A program made the translations under genes and the position numbers. From Eledone cirrhosa (lineage: Eukaryota): a stretch of DNA of 64,000 nucleotides. Numbering within the stretch: the stretch's first letter is position 1; every line of letters begins with the position of its first letter. The notes under the pieces are model-generated. The model saw nothing but the letters and a program-made list of their open reading frames with translations, made no database searches and was not told where the DNA came from. The stretch covers positions 58,342,001-58,406,000 of the forward strand of contig OZ024744.1 in NCBI GenBank assembly GCA_964016885.1, given 5' to 3'. Positions 39,999 through 53,228 of this stretch are shown piece by piece.

Positions 39999-42474
39999 TA
40001 TTGACACAGTGTGTAGATGATAACTAGATATATAAGACATAGTGTGTATATGTTAACTAGATATATAGACAGTGTGTAGATGTTAACTAGATATATAGAC
40101 ACACTTTGTATATGTTAACTAGAATTACAGACATTGTGTAGATGTTGACTGGATATATGGAGCCAGTGTGTAGATGTTAACTAGATGTATAGACGCAGTG
40201 TGTAGACATTAACTAGATATATAGACAGAGTGTGTAGATTATAACTAGATATATAGACAGAGTGTGTAGATGTTAACTAGATATATAGATAAAGTGTGTA
40301 GATGTTAACTGGATATATAGCCACAGTGTGTAAATGTTAACTAGATATATAGACACAGTGTGTAGATGTTAACTAGATATATAGACACAGTGTGTAGATG
40401 TTAACTAGACATATAGATACAGTGTGTAGATGTTAACTAGATATATAGACACCGTGTGTATATGTTAACTAGATATATAGCCACAGTTTGTAGATGTTAA
40501 CTTGATATCTAGACACAGTGTGTAGACATTCACTAGATATATAGACACAGTGTGTAGATGTTAACTAGATATATAAACACAGTGTGTAGATGTTAACTAG
40601 ATATATAGACACTGTGTGTAGATGTTAACTAGATATATAGACACTGTGTGTAAATATTAACTAGATATAAAGCCACAGTGTGTCAATGTTAACTAAGTAT
40701 ATAGGCACAGTGTCTAGACGTTAACTAAATATATAGACACAGTGTATATATGTTAACTAGATATATAGACAGTGTGTGTAGATGTTAACTAAATATATAA
40801 ACAGAGTGTATAGCTGTTAACTAGATATATAGTCACTGTGTGTAGACATTAACTAGATATATAGTCAGTGTGTAGATTTTAACTAGTTATATAGACACAG
40901 TGTGTAGATGTTAACTAGATATATAGACACAGTGGGTAGATGTTAACTAGATATATAGACACAGTGTGTAGATGTTAACTGGATATATAGACACTGTGTG
41001 TAGATGTTAACTAGATATATAGTCAGTGTGTAGATTTTAACTAGTTATATAGACACAGTGTGTAGATTTTAACTAGTTATATAGACACAGTATGTAGATG
41101 TTAACTAGATACATAGACATAGTGTGTAGATGTTAACTAGATATATAGACAGAGTCTGTAGATGGTAAGTAATATAGATAAAGTGTGTAGATGTTAACTG
41201 GATATATAGACACAGTGTGTAGATGTTAACTAGATATATAGACACAATGTGTAGATGTTAACTAGATATATAGACAGTGTGTAGATGTTAACTAGATATA
41301 TAGACACACTTTGTATATGTTAACTAGAATTACAGACAACGTGTAGATGTTGACTGGATATATAGACCCAGTGTGTAGATGTTAACTAGATGTATAGACC
41401 CAGTGTGTAGACATTAACTAGATATATAGACACAGTGTATATATGTTAATTAGATATATAGACACAGTGTGTAGATGTTAACTAGATATATAGAAACAGT
41501 GTGTAGATGTTAACTAGATATACAGACACAGTGTGTAGATGTTAACTAGATATATAGATACAGTGTGTAGATGTTAACTGGATATATAGACACTGTGTGT
41601 ATATGTTAACTAGATATATAGCCACAGTTTGTAGATGTTAACTTGATATATAGACACAGTGTGTAGACATTCACTAGATATATAGACACAGTGTGTAGAT
41701 GTTAACTAGATATATAAATACAGTGTGTAGATGTTAAATAGATATATAGACACTGTGTGTAGATGTTAACTAGATATATAGACACTGTGTGTAAATATTA
41801 ACTAGATATAAAGCCACAGTGTGTCGATGTTAACTAAGTATATAGGCACAGTGTCTAGACGTTAACTAAATATATATAGACACAGTGTATATATGTTAAC
41901 TAGATATATAGACAGTGTGTGTAGATGTTAACTAAATATATAAACAGAGTGTATAGCTGTTAACTAGATATATAGTAACTGTGTGTAGACATTAACTAGA
42001 TATATAGTCAGTGTGTAGATTTTAACTAGTTATATAGACACAGTGTGTAGATGTTAACTAGAAATATAGACACAGTGGGTAGATGTTAACTAGATATATA
42101 GACACAGTGTGTAGATGTTAACTGGATATATAGACACTGTGTGTAGATGTTAACTAGATATATAGTCAGTGTGTAGATTTTAACTAGTTATATAGACACA
42201 GCGTGTAGATTTTAACCAGTTATATAGACACAGTGTGTAGATGTTAACTAGATACATAGACACAGTGTGTAGATGTTAACTAGATATATAGACAGAGTCT
42301 GTAGATGGTAAGTAATATAGATAAAGTGTGTAGATGTTAACTGGATATATAGACACAGTGTGTAGATGTTAACTAGATATATAGACACAATGTGTAGATG
42401 TTAACTAGATATATAGACAGTGTGTAGATGTTAACTAGATATATAGACACACTTTGTATATGTTAACTAGAATT

Positions 42475-45400
42475 ACAGACACAGTGTGTAGATTATAACT
42501 AGATATATAGACAGAGTGTGTAGATGTTATCTAGATATATAGATACAGTGTGTAGATGTTAACTGGATATATAGACACCGTGTGTATATGTTAACTAGAT
42601 ATATAGCCACAGTGTGTAGATGTTAACTAGATATATAGACACAGCATGTATATGTTGACTGGATATATAAACAAAGTGTATAGATGTTGACTGTATATAT
42701 AGAAACAGTGTGTATATGTTAACTAGATATACAGACAGTGTTTATATGTTAACTGGATATATAGACACAGTGTGCAGATGTTAACTAGATATATAGACAC
42801 AGTGTGTAGATGTTAACTAGATATATAAACACAGTGTGTATATGTTAACTGGATATATAGACACACTGTGTATATGTTAACTAGATATATAGATAAAATG
42901 TGTAGATGTTAACTGGGTAAATAGACAGTGTGTAGATGTTAACGAGATATATAGACACAGTGTGTATATGTTAACTATATATACATAGAGTGTGTAGATG
43001 TTGACTGGATATATAGACACAGTGTGTAGATTTTAACTAGATATATAGACAGTGTGTAGATGGTAACTATATATATATATATATATATATATACAGTGTG
43101 TAGATGTTCCTGTGTGTAGATGTTAACTGGATATATAAACAGTGTGTCTAGATGTTAAGTAGATATATAGACACAGTGTGTATATGTTAACTAGATATAG
43201 AGACACAGTGTGTATATGTTAACTAGATATATATACACAGTGTGTAGATGGTAACTGGATATATTGACACAGTGTGTATATGTTAACTGGATATATAGAC
43301 ACAATATGTAGATGTTAACTAGATATATAGACACAGTGTGTATATGTTAACTAGATATATAGATACAGTGTGTAGATGTTAACTGGATATATAGACACTG
43401 TATATATATTAACTGGATATATAGATACAGTGTGTAGATGTTAACTAGATATATAGACAGTGTGTTTGTGTTAACTAGATATATAGACACAGTATGTATA
43501 TGTTATCTGGATATATAGACACAGTGTGTATATGTTAACTCGATATATAGACACATTGTGTATATGTTAATTAGATATATAAACAGTGTGTAGATGTTGA
43601 CTAGATATATAGACACAGTGTATAGATGTTAACTAGATATATAGACACAGCGTGTAGATGTTATCTAGATATATAGACACAGTTTGTAGACATTAACTAG
43701 ATATATATACACAGTTTGTAGACATTAACTAGATATATAGACACAGTGTGTAGATGTTAACTAGATATATAGACCCAGTGTGTAGATATTAACTAGATAT
43801 ATAGACACAGTGTGTAGATATTAACTAGATATATAGACACAGTGTGTAGATGTTAACTAGATGTATAGACCCAGCGTGTAGACATTAACTAGATATATAG
43901 ACACAGTGTATATATGTTAACTAGATATATAGACACAGTGTGTAGATGTTAACTAGATATACAGACACAGTGTGTAGATTATAACTAGATATATAGACAG
44001 AGTGTGTAGATGTTATCTAGATATATAGATACAGTGTGTAGATGTTAACTGGATATATAGACACCGTGTGTATATGTTAACTAGATATATAGCCACAGTG
44101 TGTAGATGTTAACTAGATATATAGACACAGCATGTATATGTTGACTGGATATATAAACAAAGTGTATAGATGTTGACTGTATATATAGAAACAGTGTGTA
44201 TATGTTAACTAGATATACAGACAGTGTTTATATGTTAACTGGATATATAGACACAGTGTGCAGATGTTAACTAGATATATAGACACAGTGTGTAGATGTT
44301 AACTAGATATATAAACACAGTGTGTATATGTTAACTGGATATATAGACACACTGTGTATATGTTAACTAGATATATAGATAAAATGTGTAGATGTTAACT
44401 GGGTAAATAGACAGTGTGTAGATGTTAACGAGATATATAGACACAGTGTGTATATGTTAACTATATATACATAGAGTGTGTAGATGTTGACTGGATATAT
44501 AGACACAGTGTGTAGATTTTAACTAGATATATAGACAGTGTGTAGATGGTAACTATATATATATATATATATATATATACAGTGTGTAGATGTTCCTGTG
44601 TGTAGATGTTAACTGGATATATAAACAGTGTGTCTAGATGTTAAGTAGATATATAGACACAGTGTGTATATGTTAACTAGATATAGAGACACAGTGTGTA
44701 TATGTTAACTAGATATATATACACAGTGTGTAGATGGTAACTGGATATATTGACACAGTGTGTATATGTTAACTGGATATATAGACACAATATGTAGATG
44801 TTAACTAGATATATAGACACAGTGTGTATATGTTAACTAGATATATAGATACAGTGTGTAGATGTTAACTGGATATATAGACACTGTATATATATTAACT
44901 GGATATATAGATACAGTGTGTAGATGTTAACTAGATATATAGACAGTGTGTTTGTGTTAACTAGATATATAGACACAGTATGTATATGTTATCTGGATAT
45001 ATAGACACAGTGTGTATATGTTAACTCGATATATAGACACATTGTGTATATGTTAATTAGATATATAAACAGTGTGTAGATGTTGACTAGATATATAGAC
45101 ACAGTGTATAGATGTTAACTAGATATATAGACACAGCGTGTAGATGTTATCTAGATATATAGACACAGTTTGTAGACATTAACTAGATATATATACACAG
45201 TTTGTAGACATTAACTAGATATATAGACACAGTGTGTAGATGTTAACTAGATATATAGACCCAGTGTGTAGATATTAACTAGATATATAGACACAGTGTG
45301 TAGATATTAACTAGATATATAGACACAGTGTGTAGATGTTAACTAGATGTATAGACCCAGCGTGTAGACATTAACTAGATATATAGACACAGTGTATATA

Positions 45401-46035
45401 TGTTAACTAGATATATAGACACAGTGTGTAGATGTTAACTAGATATACAGACACAGTGTGTAGATTATAACTAGATATATAGACAGAGTGTGTAGATGTT
45501 ATCTAGATATATAGATACAGTGTGTAGATGTTAACTGGATATATAGACACCGTGTGTATATGTTAACTAGATATATAGCCACAGTGTGTAGATGTTAACT
45601 AGATATATAGACACAGCATGTATATGTTGACTGGATATATAAACAAAGTGTATAGATGTTGACTGTATATATAGAAACAGTGTGTATATGTTAACTAGAT
45701 ATACAGACAGTGTTTATATGTTAACTGGATATATAGACACAGTGTGCAGATGTTAACTAGATATATAGACACAGTGTGTAGATGTTAACTAGATATATAA
45801 ACACAGTGTGTATATGTTAACTGGATATATAGACACACTGTGTATATGTTAACTAGATATATAGATAAAATGTGTAGATGTTAACTGGGTAAATAGACAG
45901 TGTGTAGATGTTAACGAGATATATAGACACAGTGTGTATATGTTAACTATATATACATAGAGTGTGTAGATGTTGACTGGATATATAGACACAGTGTGTA
46001 GATTTTAACTAGATATATAGACAGTGTGTAGATGG

Positions 46036-46072
<37 letters not shown>

Positions 46073-46835
46073 TGTGTAGATGTTCCTGTGTGTAGATGTT
46101 AACTGGATATATAAACAGTGTGTCTAGATGTTAAGTAGATATATAGACACAGTGTGTATATGTTAACTAGATATAGAGACACAGTGTGTATATGTTAACT
46201 AGATATATATACACAGTGTGTAGATGGTAACTGGATATATTGACACAGTGTGTATATGTTAACTGGATATATAGACACAATATGTAGATGTTAACTAGAT
46301 ATATAGACACAGTGTGTATATGTTAACTAGATATATAGATACAGTGTGTAGATGTTAACTGGATATATAGACACTGTATATATATTAACTGGATATATAG
46401 ATACAGTGTGTAGATGTTAACTAGATATATAGACAGTGTGTTTGTGTTAACTAGATATATAGACACAGTATGTATATGTTATCTGGATATATAGACACAG
46501 TGTGTATATGTTAACTCGATATATAGACACATTGTGTATATGTTAATTAGATATATAAACAGTGTGTAGATGTTGACTAGATATATAGACACAGTGTATA
46601 GATGTTAACTAGATATATAGACACAGCGTGTAGATGTTATCTAGATATATAGACACAGTTTGTAGACATTAACTAGATATATATACACAGTTTGTAGACA
46701 TTAACTAGATATATAGACACAGTGTGTAGATGTTAACTAGATATATAGACCCAGTGTGTAGATATTAACTAGATATATAGACACAGTGTGTAGATATTAA
46801 CTAGATATATAGACACAGTGTGTAGATGTTAACTA
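42475..46835. repeat. Three near-identical ~1.49-kb higher-order repeat units of the satellite
   Basis: Marker TGTTCCTGTGTG at 43105, 44591, 46081; unit starts near 42475, 43961, 45447. Confidence 0.9.
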
Positions 46836-47069
46836 GATATATATATACAGTGTGTAGATGTTAACTGGATATATTGACACTGTGTGTATATGTTAACTAG
46901 ATATATATAGACACAGTGTGTAGACATTAACTAGATATATAGACACTGTGTGTAGATGTTAACTGGATATATAGACACAGTGTGTAGATGTTAACTGGAT
47001 ATATAGTCACAGTGTGTTGGTATTGATTGACTGGATACATATTGAAAGTATTGGCTTGACAGATAAATA

Positions 47070-47170
47070 CAGGATGTTCCCTCAAAATGTATACACACTG
47101 CAACAGCTGTCTAATAAATATTGCCGCTACAGGTAATCAAAGTGTGTATACATTTTTGGGGGATACTCTG
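47070..47170. mobile_element. 101-bp Tc1/mariner-type MITE
   Basis: TA|CAGGATGTTCCCTCAAAATGTATACACACT ... AGTGTGTATACATTTTTGGGGGATACTCTG|TA; ~30-bp imperfect TIRs and TA TSD. Confidence 0.75.
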
Positions 47171-47699
47171 TATATTATGAAGATTGTGATTGACATGCAG
47201 TGTATATTGTTGATTGGATACATAGACGTTATGTGTAGATGTCTTTTTTAATGACGTGACATGGAATATGTCGTACCAATGGCGTTTGCATGGCATCCGA
47301 AGCTGGTCGTTGATGCTTAGTGTTCCTGTTGAATAGTTGTAGGTTGATGGCTACTTTAAGAATATAGCCATGCAGGGAATTCTAAAGGGTAGAGATTCTT
47401 GGAGAAAGTCCTGAGAATAAGTGGTTAGTCGGTGCCTGGCATCTGGGAGTGAACACAGTGTGGGTGAACACAGTGTGGGTGACGAAAGAGGAAATATCCG
47501 AATGGAGATAAAACCAGCTAACCAGCCATGTAGAAGAGAGACCACCGAAGTCGCAGTAGAAGAGCCACAATGAGGAAACATGTGGGTCAGTGGTTGGAAT
47601 GTGGGTCAGCGGTTGGAATGTATTATTAGGGGGTTATTTATCCAGCACCCTTGATTATTTTCATGAAGAATAGTTATCATTCATAATCAGATATGTGAA

Positions 47700-48250
47700 G
47701 AGTAAAGATAACTGCTTTTCTATTTAAGAACGCTTTATAATATTTCATGATTTTTTCAGAATAACAGGTGAAGAAACTTCAAAGAAAATATTAGACTTCT
47801 TGGTTAAGTCTCAATCCAAATTTTAAAAACTGCGTATGTCAAGTATATGCACAGGTTATTTTAAAGAAGAATAAGCTCTGCTAAGTAAAGGCACAAATTA
47901 GACAACAGAATTCAAATCTGATATTTGGGGTTATTAAACATATTTAGATACATTTGTATGTGTATTGAATTAAAGTTCTCACATTAGTCCTTCATATCAA
48001 CTTTGTAAATAGAGTCTCAAGATGCCCTATTAGATGATTAGACATGGCAAGGATTGACATTGATCAATTCCGAGCAGATATCCTGAAACAGAGAAATGGA
48101 ATGCTATACTTGAAGAAGCAATTATTTCAGAATGAATCTGTTCAACAAAATAGCTGGTTGTGTTGCTGATTGTTATTAATGCCACTTTTCTGTAGCCAGG
48201 GTCATTTGAGGAATATTCGATTTTGTAGCACTTCAAGCAATTAAAAGAGA
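47700..48250 (+). pseudogene. Possible highly decayed hAT-like transposase fragment
   Basis: Broken frames give ITGEETSKKILDFL, NFKNCVCQVY, GLTL, PETEKWNAILEEAI, loosely like hAT motifs TGE.., CRGQ.YD, ETRW. Confidence 0.3.
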
Positions 48251-48469
48251 ATAATTTGTCGCGAAAAGTCAAACAGTTTCAGCTGCGATACTCAAGACAT
48301 TCAAAATTAAGTGTTCCTTCTTAAAATAAATTCTAATGTGAATTTCAAGCTCGATGCTGTTTTATCGAAAACAAATTATGGTGAAATATTGATTTCAAAT
48401 TTAGGTGACACTCTACTAATTCTATTCATTCACTCCTCCTCTTGTTGGTACCAATAAATATTTATTTCT

Positions 48470-48660
48470 AATTTAGGTCCAAGGCCATCGAATTTGAGGA
48501 AGGGCAAAGATGATTAAATCAACCTCAGTACTTGGCTAGTACTTTATTTTATCGATCACAGAAAGAAGAAAGGTAAAGTTGAGCTCAGAATGTAAAGAAT
48601 CAGAACAAATACCACAATGACATTTTAACCGACGTTCTACCAATTCTGCCAATCCATCAC
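48470..48660 (-). mobile_element. tRNA-derived SINE (Octopus-type)
   Basis: Reverse complement GATGGATTGGCAGAATTGGTAGAACGTCGG...TTCTGAGCTCAAC...GATCGATAAAATAAAGTAC. Confidence 0.75.
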
Positions 48661-48878
48661 TCTTGTTGCTCGCACCAATATTGACGATGTTTACAAACAA
48701 TGACCGCCATTCAGAGTAGCTCATATAACAGATTGTATCAATCAATGTCCGACTAAAAGCAACAAAAGTTTGCTCCTCTCCATTTCTCTTCTAACTATTT
48801 TTTGTGTTTTTTCTTTTTCTTTTCCTTTTTTTCTTACTCTTTTTGTTTTGTTTTGTTATTATAATATTGTAAACCAGG

Positions 48879-49225
48879 ATGGTGGATTGGCAGTATCGGT
48901 AGGGCGTCGGACAATATGCTTTGCAGCATATAGTTACGTCCCTTTACGTTCTGAGTTCGAATCCCGCCGAGATTAGGTTTGCCTTTCAATCTTATAGGAT
49001 CGATAAAATAAAATGCCAGTTACGGACTGGGGTCGATTTAATTGACTTTTCCCTCCCCTATAATGCTGGCCTTGTGCCTATATAAGAAACCATTATTATC
49101 CCTTTATGGTCTGAGTTCAAATCCCGCCGAGGTTAACTTTGCCTTTCATCCTTACGGGGTCGATAAAATAAATTACCAGTAATGCACTGGGTAATTGCTG
49201 GCCTTGTGCCAAAAGTAGAAACAAT
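48879..49225 (+). mobile_element. Tandem tRNA-derived SINE copies (full + partial)
   Basis: GGTGGATTGGCAGTATCGGTAG...GAGTTCGAATCCCGCCGAG...GTCGATAAAATAAA...GCTGGCCTTGTGCC. Confidence 0.8.
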
Positions 49226-49490
49226 TATTATATTAAACGGAAAAAATGAAACGAAATTTCATTTCCCACTCTTAGTACGGCTGTTACTTAAATATAAGTA
49301 TGTACACGTACATACATATATGTATACAGACGTCCAGTAGCATGTATATATATATATACATACATACACACATATATATATGTACGTATGGGTTCACCGA
49401 ACATTTATTATAATGCTCAGCGTGTCTGTAAACAAACATCCCGTATTAAGCCGTAGTGTCTAGCAACCACCGTTGCTCGTTTGTTCAACA

Positions 49491-49559
49491 CTGACAAAGG
49501 AACGGTGTACTAGTTTCAAGCTTATTAGCTATCGTCAGCAACGTATACCTTCCTGCCAG
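49491..49559 (-). ncRNA. Type I hammerhead ribozyme
   Basis: Reverse complement CGTTG-CTGACGA-TAGCTAATAAGCTT-GAAACTAGTA^CACCG. Confidence 0.8.
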
Positions 49560-49883
49560 ATGATTGAACGTCCGAAAGTATATACTTTCCTTATGCATAT
49601 TAACGGCTGAGTAGTCCAATTTGCATATCGAGTGGGTTAATCGGCCGGGTGCACCGAAAACGATAAACGGAAAAAATGAAACGAAATTTCATTTCCCACT
49701 CTTAGTATAGCTGTTACTTAAATATAAGTATGTATACGTACATACATATATGTATACAGACGTACAGTAGTATGTATATATACATACATGCACACACATA
49801 TATATATGTACGTATGGATTCACCGAACATTTATTATAATGCTCGGTGTGTCTGTAAACAAACATCCCGTATTAAGCTGTCAT

Positions 49884-49952
49884 CTGGCAGGAAGGTATAC
49901 GTTGCTGACGATAGCTAATAAGCTTGAAACTAGTACAGCGTTCCTTTGTCAG
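49884..49952 (+). ncRNA. Type I hammerhead ribozyme
   Basis: CGTTG-CTGACGA(49905-49911)-T-AGCT-AATA-AGCT-T-GAAAC-TA-GTA^(49935)-CAGCG; palindromic stem III ACTAGT; extended bulged stem I. Confidence 0.85.
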
Positions 49953-50169
49953 TGTTGAACAAACGAGAAACGGTGGTTGCTAGACACTACGGCTTAATAC
50001 GGGATGTTTGTTTACAAACACACTGAGCTTTATAATAAATGTTCGGTGAACCCATACGTACATATATATATGTGTGCATGTATGTATATATATATACATA
50101 CTACTGTACGTCTGTATACATATATGTATGTACGTATACATACTTATAATTATTATATTGTAAACGTAA

Positions 50170-50350
50170 AAGGTCGGTTGATTGGCAATACCGGACGCTT
50201 TGCTTTGCAGCAAAGAGTTATGGCCCTTTATGATCTGAGTTCAAATCCCGCTGAGGTTAACTTTACCTTTCATCCTTACGGGGTCGATAAAATAAAGTAC
50301 CAGTAATACACTGTGATAATTGCTGGCCTTGTGCCAAAAGTAGAAACAAT
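50170..50350 (+). mobile_element. tRNA-derived SINE
   Basis: GAGTTCAAATCCCGCTGAGGTTAAC...GGGGTCGATAAAATAAAGTACCAG. Confidence 0.8.
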
Positions 50351-51059
50351 TATATTGTAAACGTATTTTTATATATATCAAACTCATATATAAATGAATC
50401 TATAAATGGGGTTTCGATACCTGCCAAGAGTTACCAAATAGTGAAATTGATTTTTTTTTTATGATTCAATTAAGTCACATATTATATATTAAATTTTTCC
50501 TTTTCTTTTCGTTCTTTCTTTCATTCTTCATTTATTTATTGCTTCTGTTCTATATAGAACAAAAAGAAAGAGAAGAATAAGCCTTTATTCTATAAGACGT
50601 TCTTTCGTTTGACCGTTCTGCTTCTCCGAGGGGCAAAACCAATGGTATTGCAAAGGTTTTACCCGGGAGTTGTCATGCAGGATTTAAGAAAAATATTTAA
50701 GAAAATCAGATTGAGTTTTATTTATTTATTTGTTTGTTTGTTTGTTTGTTTGTTTGTTTGTTTGTTTGTTTGTTTGTTTGTTTGTTTGTTTGCTTGCTTG
50801 TTTGTTTGTTTGTTTGTTTGTTTGCTGCGGCTGTTAGTTTGTTTGTTTATTAGTTTATTTGCTGCGGCTGTTTATAAAAGGAAGAAGAAAAAACAGTACA
50901 ACTGCTCGTATTTTTATTAAAGTTTTTATTATTTGTTCATCGTTTTCCGTTATTTGATATAAACTGTAAATTTATAAACTGTATATTTATTTATTTATTT
51001 ATTTATTTATTCATTTTTTATTTTTATTTTACAAACATCGCCTACTGGCGTATTATTAT

Positions 51060-51425
51060 TATGGTGGATTGGCAGTATCGGTAGAGGGTCGGACGCCATG
51101 CTTTGACGCATAGAGTTACGGCCCTTGCCATTCTTAGTTCAAATCCTGCCGAGGTTAACTTTGCCTTTCATCCTTACGGGGTTGATAAAATAAAGTACCA
51201 GTAATGTCCTGGATAATTGCTGGGCTTGTACCAAAAGTAGAAATAATTATTACAAATAGATTTTATATTGAAGACTGGATTATATGTAACAATTATTGAT
51301 ATTATTATTTTTGTTGTTATTGTTGAGGTTAACTTTGCCTTTCATCCTTACGGGGTAGATAAAATAAAGTACCAGTAATACAATAGTTGGTTTGCTGGCC
51401 TGGTGCCAAAAGTAGAAACAATTAG
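51060..51425 (+). mobile_element. tRNA-derived SINE plus partial 3' copy
   Basis: Same family as 48879; second partial copy at 51324-51420. Confidence 0.8.
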
Positions 51426-51749
51426 TTTTGTTGTTATTATAGAAAGGAAGAGAGGGGAGTGAAAGAAGATAAGGCGTAAGAAAAAGATGAGTAACAAGGG
51501 GGGGGGGGGGGAAGGGGAGAAAGAGGAGGAGGAGGAAGAAGAAGAAGAAGAAGAAGAAGAAGAAGAAGAAGAAGAAGAAGAAGAAGAAGAAGAAGAATGA
51601 TCATCATACAATAATGAAACAAGCAAAATAACAACAAAAAGCAAATGTTTTCATTTGTTTAATGACAATGAAATAACGAATTTCACAATTATAACCATGT
51701 TACAATCACAATTACTGGTTAATTAATAAGTAATAATTATATCAACATT

Positions 51750-51816
<67 letters not shown>

Positions 51817-51885
51817 TGCAGCAGTATTGTTCGGGAGACGTATTATTTTTAATGTTAATATTCAGGCTTCCGTTTAGAGGAAGAT

Positions 51886-51916
<31 letters not shown>

Positions 51917-52006
51917 GCATGTATGTATGTATGTATGTATGTATGTATGTATGTATGTATGTATGTATGTATGTATGTATGTATGTATGTATGTATACAT
52001 ACATAC

Positions 52007-52038
<32 letters not shown>

Positions 52039-52777
52039 GTATACCGAAAGGGAAGGAGGGAAAGCGAAATAAAATAAAAGAATCGAAGAGAGTAGTTTGG
52101 GAAGACCGCTTTTTTAAATTCTTAAATGATAAATTCATATTTTTTAAAATATATATGTATACCTTATAAAATGCATAAGAATGACTGCAAAACGTATATG
52201 GCTCACAGAATGACCATCTTGCCATCATAATATTTTCTTTATATAATAATTATATATTTATACATACATACATACATACATACATACATACATACATACA
52301 TACATACATACATACATACATACATGTAGGTGCCTGTATGTATGTGTGTCTATACCATTTTTACCATTTTCATACGAACGGTTAATGCTTGAAAGTAGAT
52401 ATTGAAAAAAATATATTAAGATAAAATAAAATAACCTTCAAGGTGAAAGCTCCAGCAGGACCGCAGCCCAATGATTTAAACCAGTAAAAAATAGCAAAAG
52501 AAAAGAAAACAAAACAAAAAAAAGAGTGAAACAGATAAAAGAAAGAAGAAGAATTCACTATTTCCTTGGAATATATTTTAGCTAAAGAAGTAGGCTTTGT
52601 GTCCCAGAGTTATAGAATAGATTCACACTCACACGTAAAGAACACGTTATGTTGGCTACACACACTCTCACATACACACGCATAAGACACATACACACAT
52701 ATGACATTTATATCTGCACATATACATATACACAGACAGCAATAAGCAATTATCTAGTTGATGTTGTCTAAATTGCC

Positions 52778-52816
<39 letters not shown>

Positions 52817-52925
52817 GTGTGTGTGTGTAAAAGGTAAACATAAATAACAACATAATCGGTATATGAAATATACAGTATATGGAAAGGATATATTAGGTTA
52901 ACGCTTGATATAGCAGGAAGAGGGT

Positions 52926-52960
52926 CTAACGTTTCGGACGCTAGTCTTTTATCAGAAGAA
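52926..52960 (-). ncRNA. Degenerate minimal hammerhead (PLE-type)
   Basis: Reverse complement CTGATAA-AAGAC-TAGC-GTCC-GAAACGTTA; G8 mutated. Confidence 0.4.
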
Positions 52961-53091
52961 AGAATGAGAAATAAGATAGATTAAGGGGACGGGCAAGTTG
53001 GAATTGGAAAAAATGTCTTTAGATGAAAATAACAGGTCCGTTCATATTAACGTCTCTCGCATATATATATATATATATCCTATATATTTAT

Positions 53092-53228
53092 ATATATATC
53101 CCCTGGTGATGTCCAGCAGAAGCAAGGGGGACAACTGTCTATGCATTTCAGGCTTAACTGGCCTTCGCCAGGACAGTCCCTCCCACCGCTTGCGACTGCT
53201 GGACTAGAAGACAGCTGAGAATATATAC
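53092..53228 (+). ncRNA. Degenerate hammerhead with ~95-nt stem II
   Basis: CTGGTGA-T-GTCCAGCAG...CTGCTGGAC-TA-GAAGACAGCTGA; several core substitutions. Confidence 0.4.

Larger units (their letters stand above)
18975..47035. repeat. ~28-kb satellite array, 32-bp monomer GATATATAGACACAGTGTGTAGATGTTAACTA (30-bp variants lack one CA)
   Basis: Hundreds of head-to-tail imperfect copies with degenerate edges; interrupted at 29599-33340 and 39536-39998. Confidence 0.97.
49235..50147. mobile_element. 913-bp non-coding Penelope-pLTR/retrozyme-like insertion with two hammerheads and 12-bp TSD
   Basis: 430-bp monomer (49235-49664) + partial direct repeat (49665-49877) + inverted copy (~49880-50147); TSD AATTATTATATT at 49223-49234 and 50148-50159. 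Confidence 0.85.

Noticed and set aside
18975-47035. CRISPR-like array (32-bp repeats)
   Set aside because: No unique spacers, no cas genes, eukaryotic context; it is a head-to-tail satellite
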